From: Nitrosospira multiformis ATCC 25196
GTDB lineage: Bacteria; Pseudomonadota; Gammaproteobacteria; Burkholderiales; Nitrosomonadaceae
DNA: 32,000 nt
Direction of reading: 5' to 3'
Assembly (NCBI RefSeq): GCF_000196355.1
Contig: NC_007614.1
Coordinates: 2,910,001-2,942,000 of the forward strand
Below, in pieces: positions 1-9,790 of the stretch. The notes beneath the pieces were generated by a model, which ran no database searches, was not told the origin of the DNA, and saw only the letters and a list, made by a program, of their open reading frames with translations. A program made the position numbers and the translations under genes. The number at the start of each line of letters is the position of its first letter. Position 1 is the first letter of the stretch.

Positions 1-1185
1 GAGCGGTTCGGTTTCCGCGGGTTCAATTCCCGCTTCCTCGCGCAACTGTGCAGCCTTATCCGTCGATTCCCAGCTGAATTCCGGTTCGTCCCGGCCAAAA
101 TGGCCATAGGCAGCTGTCTTCTCGTAGATGGGACGCAGCAGATCAAGGCCGTGGATGATGCCGCGCGGACGCAGATCGAAGTGCCGCTCAATCAGTTTGA
201 CGATTTTATCGTCCGGAATTTTTCCGGTTCCAAAAGTGTCCACCATCAGCGAAACGGGGCGGGCAACTCCGATCGCATAAGCCATCTGTACCTCGCATCT
301 ACTGGCGATACCGGCCGCAACAAGATTCTTTGCCACATATCGTCCGGCATAAGCAGCGGAACGATCTACTTTGGACGGATCCTTGCCGGAGAAGGCGCCC
401 CCGCCATGGTGCGCGGTACCTCCATAGCTGTCGACGATAATCTTCCGTCCGGTCAGTCCGCAATCTCCCATGGGGCCGCCCACTACGAAACGTCCTGTGG
501 GGTTGATCAGATACCGCGTTTCGCCACTCAGCATTTTTTTCGGAAGCACGGGTTTGATGACTTCCTCAATAATGGCCTCGCTCAAATCGGTGTGACTGAT
601 GTCCGGGTGATGTTGTGTGGAAATGACAACGGTCTCGATTCGCTGCGGCTTGCCGTCCAGGTAACGTACTGAAACCTGCGATTTTGCATCCGGACGCAGC
701 CACGGGAGGCGTCCGTCTTTCCGCAGTTCCGCCTGGCGCTCCATCAACCGGTGGGCATAGTAGATCGGCATGGGCATCAATTGCGGCGTCTCATCGCAGG
801 CGTAGCCGAACATGAGACCCTGGTCACCCGCCCCCTGATCCATTTCCTCTTCCTTGGTGCGGTTGACCCCGCGCGCGATATCAGGGGATTGCTTATTGAA
901 AGCAGTCAGCACTGCACAGGTATTATAGTCAAAGCCGATATCGGAACTGTTGTAACCGATGCGCTTGACCGCGGCGCGCGCGACCTGCATGTAGTCCACA
1001 TTGGCCTGAGTGGTGATTTCGCCCGACATGACGATCAGACCGGTACTGCATAACGTTTCGCAAGCTACCCGTGCATTGGGATCCTGAGCCAGGATGGCGT
1101 CGAGGATGGAATCGGAAATTTGATCGGCCACCTTATCGGGATGACCTTCAGACACGGATTCGGAGGTAAAAAGATATTCGCTCAT
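1..1185 (-). CDS. metK: S-adenosylmethionine synthetase; the 3' end runs off the window start
   Basis: Absent from the ORF track because the frame is open at base 1. My reverse-strand translation from ATG 1185-1183 reads [25 protein letters not shown]...[17 protein letters not shown]...[19 protein letters not shown]...[10 protein letters not shown]. These are canonical MetK signatures, and 395 codons have no stop. Confidence 0.95.
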   Translation of the reverse strand, partial: MSEYLFTSESVSEGHPDKVADQISDSILDAILAQDPNARVACETLCSTGLIVMSGEITTQANVDYMQVARAAVKRIGYNSSDIGFDYNTCAVLTAFNKQSPDIARGVNRTKEEEMDQGAGDQGLMFGYACDETPQLMPMPIYYAHRLMERQAELRKDGRLPWLRPDAKSQVSVRYLDGKPQRIETVVISTQHHPDISHTDLSEAIIEEVIKPVLPKKMLSGETRYLINPTGRFVVGGPMGDCGLTGRKIIVDSYGGTAHHGGGAFSGKDPSKVDRSAAYAGRYVAKNLVAAGIASRCEVQMAYAIGVARPVSLMVDTFGTGKIPDDKIVKLIERHFDLRPRGIIHGLDLLRPIYEKTAAYGHFGRDEPEFSWESTDKAAQLREEAGIEPAETEPL

Positions 1186-1327
1186 TTTGTCCAGCCCGCT
1201 TAATCGTAAAAGGTCTGTAGAATACCAAATTCTACGCTTATTAAGAAGACGGATAATACAATACGGCTTGACATGCCGATGTTTCCATACCTCGTGCTGT
1301 GATTCTTATTCTTGCAACGCTTGATGA

Positions 1328-2161
1328 ATGAAGCTCAAGTTCACCAAAATGCATGGCCTCGGCAACGATTTCATTGTCATTGATGCCGTGAATCAGCAGA
1401 TTTCCCTCTCACCCGAACAATTGCGGCGCCTTGCCGACCGCCACCTGGGAGTAGGCTGCGACCAGATTCTGCTGATCGAAAAGGCGGAAGGGGATGCTGA
1501 TTTCCGTTATCGCATTTTTAATGCCGACGGAGGAGAAGTGGAACAATGCGGCAATGGGGCGCGCTGCTTCGTTCGCTACGTCCATGATCATGGTATGACG
1601 GACAAGCAGCAGGTAAGGATTGAAACGCTAAGCGGGGTGGTTATTCCGGAGCTTGAAGCGGACGGGGAAGTAACGGTCAACATGGGTGTGCCGAAATTCG
1701 ATCCCGTCGAAATTCCTTTTATCGCCGAACAGCGAGCGCCTACTTACTCCCTCTCCCTGGATGACAGGCAGGTGGAAATCAGCAGTGTATCGATGGGCAA
1801 TCCCCACGCGGTCCAGGTAGTATCGGATCTGGATAACGCGCCGGTTTTGACGGAGGGGCCAGTTATCGAAAAGCATTCTCGTTTTCCTCAGCGAGTAAAT
1901 GCCGGATATATGCAAGTCGTCGATCCTCATCATATCCGGCTGAGAGTCTACGAGCGGGGCGCGGGTGAAACCCTGGCTTGCGGCACCGGTGCCTGTGCGG
2001 CGGCGGTTGCGGGAATTCAGCGAGGGCTGCTCGAATCGCCCGTCAGGGTGAGCTTTTCCACTGGAGACCTGTTCATACGATGGGAAGGGGAAAATCAGCC
2101 GGTGTGGATGACCGGTCCTGCCGTCGCCGTTTTTGATGGAGAAATCGAGTTGCAGTTTTAA
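1328..2161 (+). CDS. dapF: Diaminopimelate epimerase
   Basis: 277 aa. N-terminus [19 protein letters not shown], catalytic Cys contexts EQCGNGARC and ACGTGACA, and the conserved dapF-DUF484-xerC synteny. Confidence 0.95.
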   Translation: MKLKFTKMHGLGNDFIVIDAVNQQISLSPEQLRRLADRHLGVGCDQILLIEKAEGDADFRYRIFNADGGEVEQCGNGARCFVRYVHDHGMTDKQQVRIETLSGVVIPELEADGEVTVNMGVPKFDPVEIPFIAEQRAPTYSLSLDDRQVEISSVSMGNPHAVQVVSDLDNAPVLTEGPVIEKHSRFPQRVNAGYMQVVDPHHIRLRVYERGAGETLACGTGACAAAVAGIQRGLLESPVRVSFSTGDLFIRWEGENQPVWMTGPAVAVFDGEIELQF

Positions 2162-2174
2162 AAACAGAAAAGAT

Positions 2175-2834
2175 ATGAAATCAAGTTTCGAAGAGATAGC
2201 AGAGTATCTGCGTGCGAATCCCGAGTTCTTTGAAGCCCATGCGAGCATGCTGGCAGATATTCAGGTGCCCAATCCCCATGACGGGAGGGCGATTTCCTTA
2301 AGTGAGCGTCAAATCCTGGCGTTGCGGGAAAAAAACCAGATTTTGCAGGATAAACTGGAGGAACTGATCCTGTTCGGCAAGGAGAATGACGCCATCGCGG
2401 AAAAAATGCACAAATTGGCAGTCTCGCTCCTCGCCTTCAGACGTTTGCCCGATCTTCTGGATGGACTCACTTTTGCGCTGCGTGAAAGCTTCTTGGTGCC
2501 TCACAGCGTGCTTCGCATCTGGAATATCGGTATTGACGGGCCCCTGCCACCGGAATTTCTACCCGTCAGCAGCGAGGTTCACGCGATGGCGGAAAATTTG
2601 CTGCACCCTTATTGCGGACCCCATGTTCCGGATGAGATCAGAAGCTGGTTCGGTGAACAGGCCGAGCATCTGCGTTCATTTGCGATGACAGCATTGCATG
2701 GAGATCAAACCATCGGATTACTGGTAATGGGCAGTGAAGAATCGCAGAGGTTCTATCCGGAGATGGGAACAGTTTACCTTGGGCGACTCGGTGAACTTGC
2801 CAGTGCGTCATTGAAACGTTTTCGCACGGCCTGA
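2175..2834 (+). CDS. DUF484 family protein (YigA-like)
   Basis: Sits between dapF and xerC as in many proteobacteria. N-terminus SSFEEIAEYLRANPEFF is followed by a coiled segment and a GAF-like C-terminal half. I chose ATG 2175 because the ORF-track start at 2133 overlaps the dapF 3' end. Confidence 0.8.
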   Translation: MKSSFEEIAEYLRANPEFFEAHASMLADIQVPNPHDGRAISLSERQILALREKNQILQDKLEELILFGKENDAIAEKMHKLAVSLLAFRRLPDLLDGLTFALRESFLVPHSVLRIWNIGIDGPLPPEFLPVSSEVHAMAENLLHPYCGPHVPDEIRSWFGEQAEHLRSFAMTALHGDQTIGLLVMGSEESQRFYPEMGTVYLGRLGELASASLKRFRTA

Positions 2835-2836
2835 GA

Positions 2837-3793
2837 ATGGGAAAGGAGCAACACCCGGAATCCCTAACCGGTCTGAGCGATCCCGGCAAGATGCCCGAAA
2901 AGGGGCAGGCCGAACTTGCCTCCGCCTATCTCGCTTATCTTTCCGTCACGCGGCGACTGTCGCCGCTTACCTGCGAAAGTTATGGCCGCGATCTCGATGT
3001 ACTGATGAATCTCTCGCGGGGAATCGCGCTGGAGCATTTGCAAATCCATCATATCCGGCGTTTTCTTGCTCAGTTGCATGCAAACGGATTTTCCGGCAGG
3101 AGCCTGGCGAGAATGCTGTCTGCATGGCGAGGGCTCTACAATTACCTGGCGCGACATCATGGTTACGCGTGTAACCCCTGCGCCGGGGTGCGGGCGCCGA
3201 AGTCCCCCAGGAGCCTGCCTCGCACCCTGTCCCCTGATGAGGCCTTGAAGCTGCTGGAGTTTGATACTCCCGATCTGGTTGCCTTACGCGATAAAGCCAT
3301 GTTCGAACTCTGCTATTCTTCGGGATTGCGGCTGGCGGAACTCGCGAACCTGAAGCCGGAGGATTTAAGTCTGGCGGAGGGGATCGTGCGCGTTACCGGC
3401 AAAGGGAATAAAACGCGGGATGTGCCGGTAGGAAGCAAAGCCATGCAAGTAGTGAGGGAATGGATAAAACAACGCGCCACGCTCGCCAAGCCAGGGGAAA
3501 CAGGTCTATTCCTGTCCCGCCACGGGAGGAATATCAGTCGCCGGTCGATCGATCAGCGTCTGAAAATCCAGGCAGTAAAGCAAGGAATCAGCGGACGCAT
3601 CCACCCGCACGTGCTGCGGCATTCATTTGCATCACATGTACTGCAATCCAGCGGCAACCTGAGAGCGGTGCAGGAGATGCTGGGGCATGCCAGCATCAGC
3701 ACCACGCAGGTATATACCCATCTCGACTTCCAGCATCTATCGAAGGTCTATGATGCGACCCACCCCCGCGCACGAAAGAAGAAAGAGTCTTGA
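2837..3793 (+). CDS. xerC: Tyrosine recombinase XerC
   Basis: 318 aa. N-terminal SAM-like domain (YLAYLSVTRRLSPLTCESYGRDL) and catalytic region ...HPHVLRHSFASHVL...LGHASISTTQVYTHL carrying the R-H-R-Y signature. The internal Met at 2891 is an alternative start. Confidence 0.92.
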   Translation: MGKEQHPESLTGLSDPGKMPEKGQAELASAYLAYLSVTRRLSPLTCESYGRDLDVLMNLSRGIALEHLQIHHIRRFLAQLHANGFSGRSLARMLSAWRGLYNYLARHHGYACNPCAGVRAPKSPRSLPRTLSPDEALKLLEFDTPDLVALRDKAMFELCYSSGLRLAELANLKPEDLSLAEGIVRVTGKGNKTRDVPVGSKAMQVVREWIKQRATLAKPGETGLFLSRHGRNISRRSIDQRLKIQAVKQGISGRIHPHVLRHSFASHVLQSSGNLRAVQEMLGHASISTTQVYTHLDFQHLSKVYDATHPRARKKKES

Positions 3794-3893
3794 GTCGCAA
3801 AGATGAACCGGACTACGGATTGGTACAAACACTGTTTGCATGCTTCGCGCGAATCGGCGTTATAATCTTCGCTCTCCAATTACCGGGCTAGAC

Positions 3894-4430
3894 ATGGCAG
3901 AATACCACGGCACAACCATACTTTCCGCCCGGCGCGGGAACCACGTCGCGCTGGGCGGCGATGGCCAAGTGACGCTGGGAGCGGTGGTAGCCAAAGCCAG
4001 CGCGCGCAAGGTCCGGCGGCTGTATCATGACAGAATCCTGGCCGGATTTGCCGGAGGAACGGCGGATGCCTTTACTTTGTTCGAACGTTTTGAAGGCAAG
4101 CTGGAAAAACATCAGGGCCACCTCATGCGCTCGGCGGTGGAATTGGCAAAAGACTGGCGCACCGACCGGATTCTGCGCAGACTCGAAGCCATGCTCGTCG
4201 TCGCCGATCCGGCTGCCACCCTCATTATTACCGGGGCGGGAGATGTAATAGAGCCAGAGTTCGGGCTGGCGGCAATCGGCAGCGGCGGTTCCTACGCGCA
4301 TTCAGCGGCACGCGCGCTTCTGGAAAATACCGACCTTACACCGCCGGAAATCGTCAAGAAGGCGCTTACCATAGCCGGGGATCTGTGTATCTACACCAAT
4401 CAGAACCACGTAATCGAGGTTCTGGAATAG
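3894..4430 (+). CDS. hslV: ATP-dependent protease subunit HslV
   Basis: [29 protein letters not shown]... is a typical HslV. The ATG at 3894 leaves the short MxxxHGTT leader before the active-site Thr. The ORF-track start at 3840 adds 18 unrelated residues. Confidence 0.93.
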   Translation: MAEYHGTTILSARRGNHVALGGDGQVTLGAVVAKASARKVRRLYHDRILAGFAGGTADAFTLFERFEGKLEKHQGHLMRSAVELAKDWRTDRILRRLEAMLVVADPAATLIITGAGDVIEPEFGLAAIGSGGSYAHSAARALLENTDLTPPEIVKKALTIAGDLCIYTNQNHVIEVLE

Positions 4431-4556
4431 CAGCCGAAGAAAATGAATCCGGAAATATAGGACTGGCACCTCTATTCCGGTATAACCTTATGCCTTGTAT
4501 CGTTTGTACTATTGCTTTGATTTCTCTCACCCCTTGCCTTTATCGCTGACCTGATC

Positions 4557-5888
4557 ATGTCTCAACTGACTCCCCGTGAAATCGTCCACGAGCTTGACAA
4601 GCACATCATAGGTCAGGATGCCGCCAAACGTTCGGTTGCCATCGCGCTCAGGAATCGCTGGCGCCGGCAGCAGGTACAGGATCCACTGCGCCAGGAGATC
4701 ACACCCAAGAATATTTTGATGATCGGTCCCACGGGTGTCGGCAAGACGGAAATAGCGCGCCGGCTCGCGAAACTTGCGGATGCGCCGTTCATCAAGGTGG
4801 AGGCAACCAAATTTACCGAAGTAGGGTATGTTGGGCGTGATGTGGATTCGATCATCCGTGATCTTGTGGAAGCGGCGGTCAAGCAATCCCGGGAGCGTGA
4901 AACGCAAAAGATGCGGGCGCGCGCGGAAGACCATGCCGAGGAGCGCATTCTCGATGTGCTATTGCCTGTGGCCAGGGAAACGGGGCTGCAGATGGACTCC
5001 ATCGAAGCGGAAAGTGCTACCCGCCAGAAATTTCGAAAGAAGCTGCGCGAGGGAGAGCTCAACGATAAGGAGATCGAAATCGAGTTGGCAACCCCGCATA
5101 CCCACATGGAAATCTTTGCCCCCCCCGGAATGGAAGAGCTGACAACGCAGATTCAAGGCATGTTCCAGAATCTGGGTGCGGAAAGAAAAAGGATGCGAAA
5201 GCTTAAAATCCGCGAAGCGATGAAGCTCCTTATTGATGAGGAAGCCTCGAAGCTGGTTAATGATGAGGAATTGAAACTGCGCGCGGTGCAGAATGTCGAG
5301 CAGAACGGCATCGTGTTTCTGGATGAAATCGACAAGATCACGAGCCGTTCCGAGACTTCGGGGGCAGACGTATCGCGCCAGGGCGTTCAACGGGACCTGC
5401 TGCCTCTGGTCGAAGGTACCACGATTTCCACCAAATATGGCATGATCAAGACAGATCATATTCTGTTTATCGCCAGCGGAGCCTTTCACCTCGCCAAGCC
5501 TTCCGATCTGATTCCCGAGTTGCAGGGCCGTTTTCCAATCCGGGTCGAACTCACCAGTCTCAGCGCTGGCGATTTTGTACAAATCCTCACCAATACCGAT
5601 GCCTGTTTGAAACGTCAATATGAAGCGCTGCTGGAAACCGAAGGGGTGAGGCTGGAATTTACCCCTGATGCGGTCAAGCGTCTGGCGGAGATCGCCTTTG
5701 CAGTCAACGAAAAAACAGAGAATATTGGAGCACGGCGTCTTTATACCGCCATGGAAAAACTGCTGGAGGATGTTTCGTTCGATGCGGAGAAACACCATGG
5801 AGATGCGGTTGTCATTGATGCCGCCTATGTGGATAAACGGCTCGGCGACCTGGCGCAAAGCGAGGATCTCGCCCGCTACGTGCTTTAA
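4557..5888 (+). CDS. hslU: ATP-dependent protease ATPase subunit HslU
   Basis: 443 aa. Starts [37 protein letters not shown], has Walker [16 protein letters not shown] and Walker [11 protein letters not shown], plus the I-domain insertion. Confidence 0.97.
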   Translation: MSQLTPREIVHELDKHIIGQDAAKRSVAIALRNRWRRQQVQDPLRQEITPKNILMIGPTGVGKTEIARRLAKLADAPFIKVEATKFTEVGYVGRDVDSIIRDLVEAAVKQSRERETQKMRARAEDHAEERILDVLLPVARETGLQMDSIEAESATRQKFRKKLREGELNDKEIEIELATPHTHMEIFAPPGMEELTTQIQGMFQNLGAERKRMRKLKIREAMKLLIDEEASKLVNDEELKLRAVQNVEQNGIVFLDEIDKITSRSETSGADVSRQGVQRDLLPLVEGTTISTKYGMIKTDHILFIASGAFHLAKPSDLIPELQGRFPIRVELTSLSAGDFVQILTNTDACLKRQYEALLETEGVRLEFTPDAVKRLAEIAFAVNEKTENIGARRLYTAMEKLLEDVSFDAEKHHGDAVVIDAAYVDKRLGDLAQSEDLARYVL

Positions 5889-6162
5889 GGAATCTCGGAA
5901 CAAGTCTCCGCAGAGCGCGTTGCTGTTAAAATTGGGATGATCACAAGGCACAGTTCGAAGGTCGTAATCCAAACTACAATACTAAGAAGTTCAAAGAAGT
6001 GAGCGCCCAATTTTGTAGCAACCCTTATGGGACGGGACTTTGCAGGCGGTCTGCTTTGTCAGGCTCCTAGCGAAGGGGATCACCATTCGCGTCGTCGCCT
6101 TTCGCGCATCCCATCCTGCAAAGTGCGTCGCGCCTCCGGGAACCTGTTCAGAGATTCCTTAA
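5885..6162. repeat. Approximately 278-bp non-coding element bounded by imperfect terminal inverted repeats
   Basis: 5885-5910 ttaaggaatctcggaacaagtctccg matches the reverse complement of 6137-6162 (ttaaggaatctctgaacaggttcccg) at 21 of 26 positions. A second inverted pair is actttgcagg (near 6037-6046) with cctgcaaagt (near 6113-6122). No ORF. Confidence 0.45.
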
Positions 6163-6260
6163 GAAGTCGCTGAAGGCTTCCATCTTCAGACAATCTTCAT
6201 CCCCATAAGAAGAAGACTATCTCGGCACGATACAGATACGCACTACCGATAAAGCTGCGG

Positions 6261-7445
6261 TTACACTGATTGCCCTGCCGCATAACCCGATGACCAGGCC
6301 CACTGGAAATTGAAGCCCCCCAGTTGGCCCGTGACATCGACGACTTCTCCCACGAAATAAAGGCCGGGTACTTTTTTCGATTCCATCGTTTTGGAAGAAA
6401 GCTCGGCAGTATCGATGCCTCCAAGGGTTACTTCCGCCTTTTTATAGCCGGCGGTGCCGCTCGGAATAACCTGCCAGGCATGCAATTGAGGAGCCAGTTG
6501 CCTCAAGCTCTTGTTGCCATACTGGTTTACAGGTGTTTCCGGGAGCCCACCCATCATTGCACCCAGCCAGGCCTCTGCAAACCGCCGGGGCAGATGCTGC
6601 GCTAACAGATTGGATAGCAGGACCCCGCTGTGTCTGCGATCGCGCAACCAATCGTCTGCATCCAGTTCAGGTAACAGGTTGATATGGATCGGATCTCCCG
6701 GCCGCCAGTATGAGGAAATCTGGAGGATTGCAGGCCCGCTCAGACCCCGATGCGTGATCAGCAGATTTTCTCTAAAATGCGCGCCGTTACAGCTCACTAT
6801 TGTATCGAGCGCAATTCCCGTGAGCCCTGAAAAAGCGGATAACTGTTCCGGCGCAAAAGTCAGCGGTACCAGGGCGGGACGTAGCGCCGTAACGTTTATG
6901 CCGAACTGTTCTGCGATGCGATAGCCAAAAGGACTGGCGCCGATTTGCGGAATGGAAAGACCTCCGGTCGCGATTACCAGCGCGTCTGCCATCACTTTGC
7001 TACAGCTGGTTTCCAATACGAATCCAGTATTGCCGGAGTCCCGGTCTATGCGGCTTACCTCGCAGGGCATTTGAAAGATGACTCCGGCTGCCTCGCATTC
7101 ACTGCGCAGCATGTCGATGATTTGCTGCGAGGCCTCATCGCAAAATAGCTGTCCCAGCTTTTTTTCGTGATAACGGATGCGGTGCTTTTCCACCAGCTCT
7201 ATGAAGTGGCGAGGAGTGAAACGTGCAAGTGCGGATCGGCAGAAATGCGGATTCTGCGACAGAAAATTTTCCGGAACAGTGTGGCGATTCGTGAAATTAC
7301 ACCGCCCCCCTCCCGAGATACGGATTTTTTCCGCCAGTTTGCTGGCATGATCCACCAGCAACACACTTCGTCCACGCTTTCCCGCTTCCATTGCGCACAT
7401 CATGCCGGCTGCGCCAGCGCCTATTACGACGACATCTTTCTTCAA
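6261..7445 (-). CDS. NAD(P)/FAD-dependent oxidoreductase, HI0933/YhiN (BaiN-like) family
   Basis: Dinucleotide fold KKDVVVIGAGAAGMMCA, family signature ISGGGRCNFTN, C-terminus GGFNFQWAWSSGYAAG. The start is set at TTG 7445-7443, the only start codon just before the GxGxxG motif. The 478-aa ORF-track version overlaps the upstream gene and is an artefact. Confidence 0.85.
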   Translation of the reverse strand: MKKDVVVIGAGAAGMMCAMEAGKRGRSVLLVDHASKLAEKIRISGGGRCNFTNRHTVPENFLSQNPHFCRSALARFTPRHFIELVEKHRIRYHEKKLGQLFCDEASQQIIDMLRSECEAAGVIFQMPCEVSRIDRDSGNTGFVLETSCSKVMADALVIATGGLSIPQIGASPFGYRIAEQFGINVTALRPALVPLTFAPEQLSAFSGLTGIALDTIVSCNGAHFRENLLITHRGLSGPAILQISSYWRPGDPIHINLLPELDADDWLRDRRHSGVLLSNLLAQHLPRRFAEAWLGAMMGGLPETPVNQYGNKSLRQLAPQLHAWQVIPSGTAGYKKAEVTLGGIDTAELSSKTMESKKVPGLYFVGEVVDVTGQLGGFNFQWAWSSGYAAGQSV

Positions 7446-7479
7446 TTGCGGTGCTTGGGGGAAAATGGGCCTTGCGGAC

Positions 7480-8121
7480 TTACCCGCGTTCTGTTGCAGG
7501 CTTGCGCCATACACTGGCCAGCCAGGGTTGCTGCTCGCGTGGAAGGCCTGTGGGGCGATAGTAATGAGCAAGCTCGACGAAACCCGCGCCGGACATATAG
7601 CGCCTCCAGCCATCGATATCGTGATAGACGCAATAACGCCCCTGGTTCCAGCCCTCCTCGTTATTCCCGCGGGGGTTGGAGCTGAACAGCACTCCACCCG
7701 GTTTCAGCGTTGCCCACAGTTCTTTTAGCACGCGCGGAAGTTCAACACTCGGAACATGAAACAGGGAGGCATTCGCAAATATGCCATCAAAGTGTTCCTC
7801 AGGCAGATCGAGCCGGAGAAAGTCCTGCTGCCATATCTCGCAGCCGCTATGGTTAGCCGCCATTTCGGCAAGCCGCGTTGCACCTTCCAGCCCGATCGCC
7901 ACATGACCGAGATCGGTAAAAGATTTCAGGTCGCGTCCGGGGCCGCAACCCAGATCCAGTATCTTGAAGGGTGGAGGACTTTCGATGTGGCGCAGCAATG
8001 CAGCAATATTTTGGCTGACATCGTGGTCTTTGGTAGCCTCCCAGAACGCTTCGGCTCTTTCGTTGTAACTGTTCAGGACAAGATGGGAGAGTTTTCTGAG
8101 ATCCGCTGAATCGGTTTTCAC
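7480..8121 (-). CDS. Class I SAM-dependent methyltransferase
   Basis: 213 aa. Motif I ILDLGCGPGRD, motif II FDGIFANASLFHV, motif III LKPGGVLFSS. GTG start at 8121 with no clear SD, so the start is uncertain. Confidence 0.8.
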   Translation of the reverse strand: MKTDSADLRKLSHLVLNSYNERAEAFWEATKDHDVSQNIAALLRHIESPPPFKILDLGCGPGRDLKSFTDLGHVAIGLEGATRLAEMAANHSGCEIWQQDFLRLDLPEEHFDGIFANASLFHVPSVELPRVLKELWATLKPGGVLFSSNPRGNNEEGWNQGRYCVYHDIDGWRRYMSGAGFVELAHYYRPTGLPREQQPWLASVWRKPATERG

Positions 8122-8142
8122 GGCAACTTACACAAATAGGAT

Positions 8143-8167
8143 AAAAATCAGGCGGACATTCTGCCTG
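8143..8167 (-). terminator. Weak candidate intrinsic terminator after the DUF2063 gene
   Basis: Minus-strand reading is caggc-agaatgtcc-gcctg followed by attttta. The stem is only 5 bp with a short U-tract. Confidence 0.25.
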
Positions 8168-8193
8168 TCTCGTGTGAGTCGAACGAAAAGCAC

Positions 8194-8964
8194 TTACTCT
8201 CTGGCAATACCCAGCAATGCGCCCCGAGCCTGAAGATCAATCATGATCTTCTCGCCGCCCTGCATCACGACTTCGGGGGACGGATGCCTGCTTTCGGCCG
8301 TGATGATTTCAAGAGCGGCATGCCCGGTATGCTCTTCCAGCGCAAGCAGATCTATCAGACGCGCGGTAAAGGCGTTGATTTCTGAAAATTGAATCTCATC
8401 ATCCGCGTCACGAAACAGCAGCAAGTAAGTTGTTGCCGGAGTGATGCGGGCGCGTGGGCGGATATGATGAACTGGCCAATGATAGCAAAGATTGGCAAGC
8501 ACCGGATTCAAAAGAGGCCGCCCCTCGAGCAGATTACCGGCGCTATCGATCGTCTTCCAATCGGGCATGTCCGTTGAGGTGGACAATGCCAGTTCCACCC
8601 ATTCGTAGTGCGCCAGCTCCAGGAGGAATCCCGGATAGTTTTCAGGGATGACGCCTTTACTCCCTAGAAATTCTATAAACTCACCGGCTATCTGATGGAA
8701 AAGGGGAGAACGGCTACGATGCGCAATGAGAAAAGCGCGCACCAGCCTTGACCATCGCCGCGGCCCCAGCACATCTCGAGTCACCGGAAAGCATCTGAGA
8801 AGAAAACTGTCGAGATTCTCGTAAACCAGTCTGCTGTATATGCCCATCCGCCGCGCATCGAGTCCAGATGGAACAGGCTTTGCCCGGGGATCGCGAAGGT
8901 GCGCAGTGAAGGCGTACTGGAAGCGCTGAAATTCAGGTGGCTGAGGCATCGCCTGAATCCGCAT
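8194..8964 (-). CDS. DUF2063-type partner protein of an MNIO enzyme (HvfC/BufC-like)
   Basis: N-terminus QRFQYAFTAHLRDP...GMGIYSRLVYENLDSFLLRCFPVTRDVLGPRRWSRLVRAF...SPLFHQIAGEFIEFL matches the DUF2063 pattern. Its start overlaps the DUF692 gene by 32 nt (17 nt if Met6 at 8949 is used). Confidence 0.8.
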   Translation of the reverse strand: MRIQAMPQPPEFQRFQYAFTAHLRDPRAKPVPSGLDARRMGIYSRLVYENLDSFLLRCFPVTRDVLGPRRWSRLVRAFLIAHRSRSPLFHQIAGEFIEFLGSKGVIPENYPGFLLELAHYEWVELALSTSTDMPDWKTIDSAGNLLEGRPLLNPVLANLCYHWPVHHIRPRARITPATTYLLLFRDADDEIQFSEINAFTARLIDLLALEEHTGHAALEIITAESRHPSPEVVMQGGEKIMIDLQARGALLGIARE

Positions 8965-9784
8965 GCTGTGCCTGGATCAGCGCGATATGTAGCACTTCCC
9001 GCATCAACTGCTCGAGCGGAGGAATATTGAAGTCACGCTCGAGCAAAGTCGGCGCAACCCCGTGCATTCCGTAGGTTTGATCCAGCAGCGACCATACCGG
9101 ATCGATTACATCGGCTCCGTGAGTATCGATGATAAGATTCTCCGCCTCCTTATGATGCCCGGCCATGTGCATATACACGATGCGATCGGAAGGCAACGCC
9201 CGGATGAAGTCCACGGGATCATAGTCGTGGTTAATGCTGTTGACGTAGACGTTATTGACATCGAGATGAAGATCGCAATCCGCCTCCAGCAAAACAGCCC
9301 GGATAAAGTCCAATTCACTCATATCGCTGATAGGCGAAGCAACATAAAACGATGCATTTTCCAATGCGATACGCCGCTCGAGAATATCCTGGGTACGGCG
9401 AACGCGTTCAGCGACATATTTTACCGCTTCCTCCGTAAAAGGGATCGGAAGCAGATCGTACAGGTGACCGTCATCGGAGCAGTAGGAAAGATGTTCCGTA
9501 TAAAGAAGTACCCGGTGCTGATCGAGGAACTGGCGAATCTTTTGCAGCAGAATTTCATCCAGGGGAGCAGGACCACCGATTGAAAGGGAAAGGCCATGAC
9601 AGACAAAAGGATAGCGCTCGGTAAAAAAAAGCAGATCCCGTGCCGCCCCCCCTCCAAGGTCGATCCAGTTCTCGGGGGCGATCTCGAAAAAATCGATGGT
9701 GGCGGGGACACCGCTTTTCAGCGCAGGAATGAGCTCCCGCCGGAAGCCCAGCCCCACGCGGGCGAGGCGTGGGAACTGTTGCAT
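8933..9784 (-). CDS. DUF692 / MNIO (multinuclear non-heme iron oxidative) enzyme, MbnB/HvfB/BufB-like
   Basis: 283 aa with the conserved DUF692 TIM-barrel blocks: FFEIAPENW, HGLSLSIGG, YTEHLSY, IALENASFY, LHLDVNNVYVNS, MHMAGHH, IDTHGADV, TLLERDFNIP. Confidence 0.88.
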   Translation of the reverse strand: MQQFPRLARVGLGFRRELIPALKSGVPATIDFFEIAPENWIDLGGGAARDLLFFTERYPFVCHGLSLSIGGPAPLDEILLQKIRQFLDQHRVLLYTEHLSYCSDDGHLYDLLPIPFTEEAVKYVAERVRRTQDILERRIALENASFYVASPISDMSELDFIRAVLLEADCDLHLDVNNVYVNSINHDYDPVDFIRALPSDRIVYMHMAGHHKEAENLIIDTHGADVIDPVWSLLDQTYGMHGVAPTLLERDFNIPPLEQLMREVLHIALIQAQHADSGDASAT

Positions 9785-9790
9785 GTCCAG

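Noticed and set aside
3788-3893. Heat-shock (sigma32) promoter for hslVU
   Set aside because: A cttgag resembles the -35 CTTGAAA, but no CCCCAT-like -10 follows at 13-17 bp. A perfect TATAAT at 3861-3866 exists, but its best -35 (ttgcat) is 19 bp away, so no confident promoter call can be made.
4959-5972. 337-aa minus-strand ORF opposite hslU
   Set aside because: Antisense shadow of hslU with no recognisable domains. The hslU frame carries all AAA+ motifs.
6261-7697. 478-aa version of the flavoprotein ORF
   Set aside because: The N-terminal 84 codons overlap the 3' end of the methyltransferase gene and precede the Rossmann GxGxxG motif, which should be N-terminal. The true start is most likely TTG 7445.
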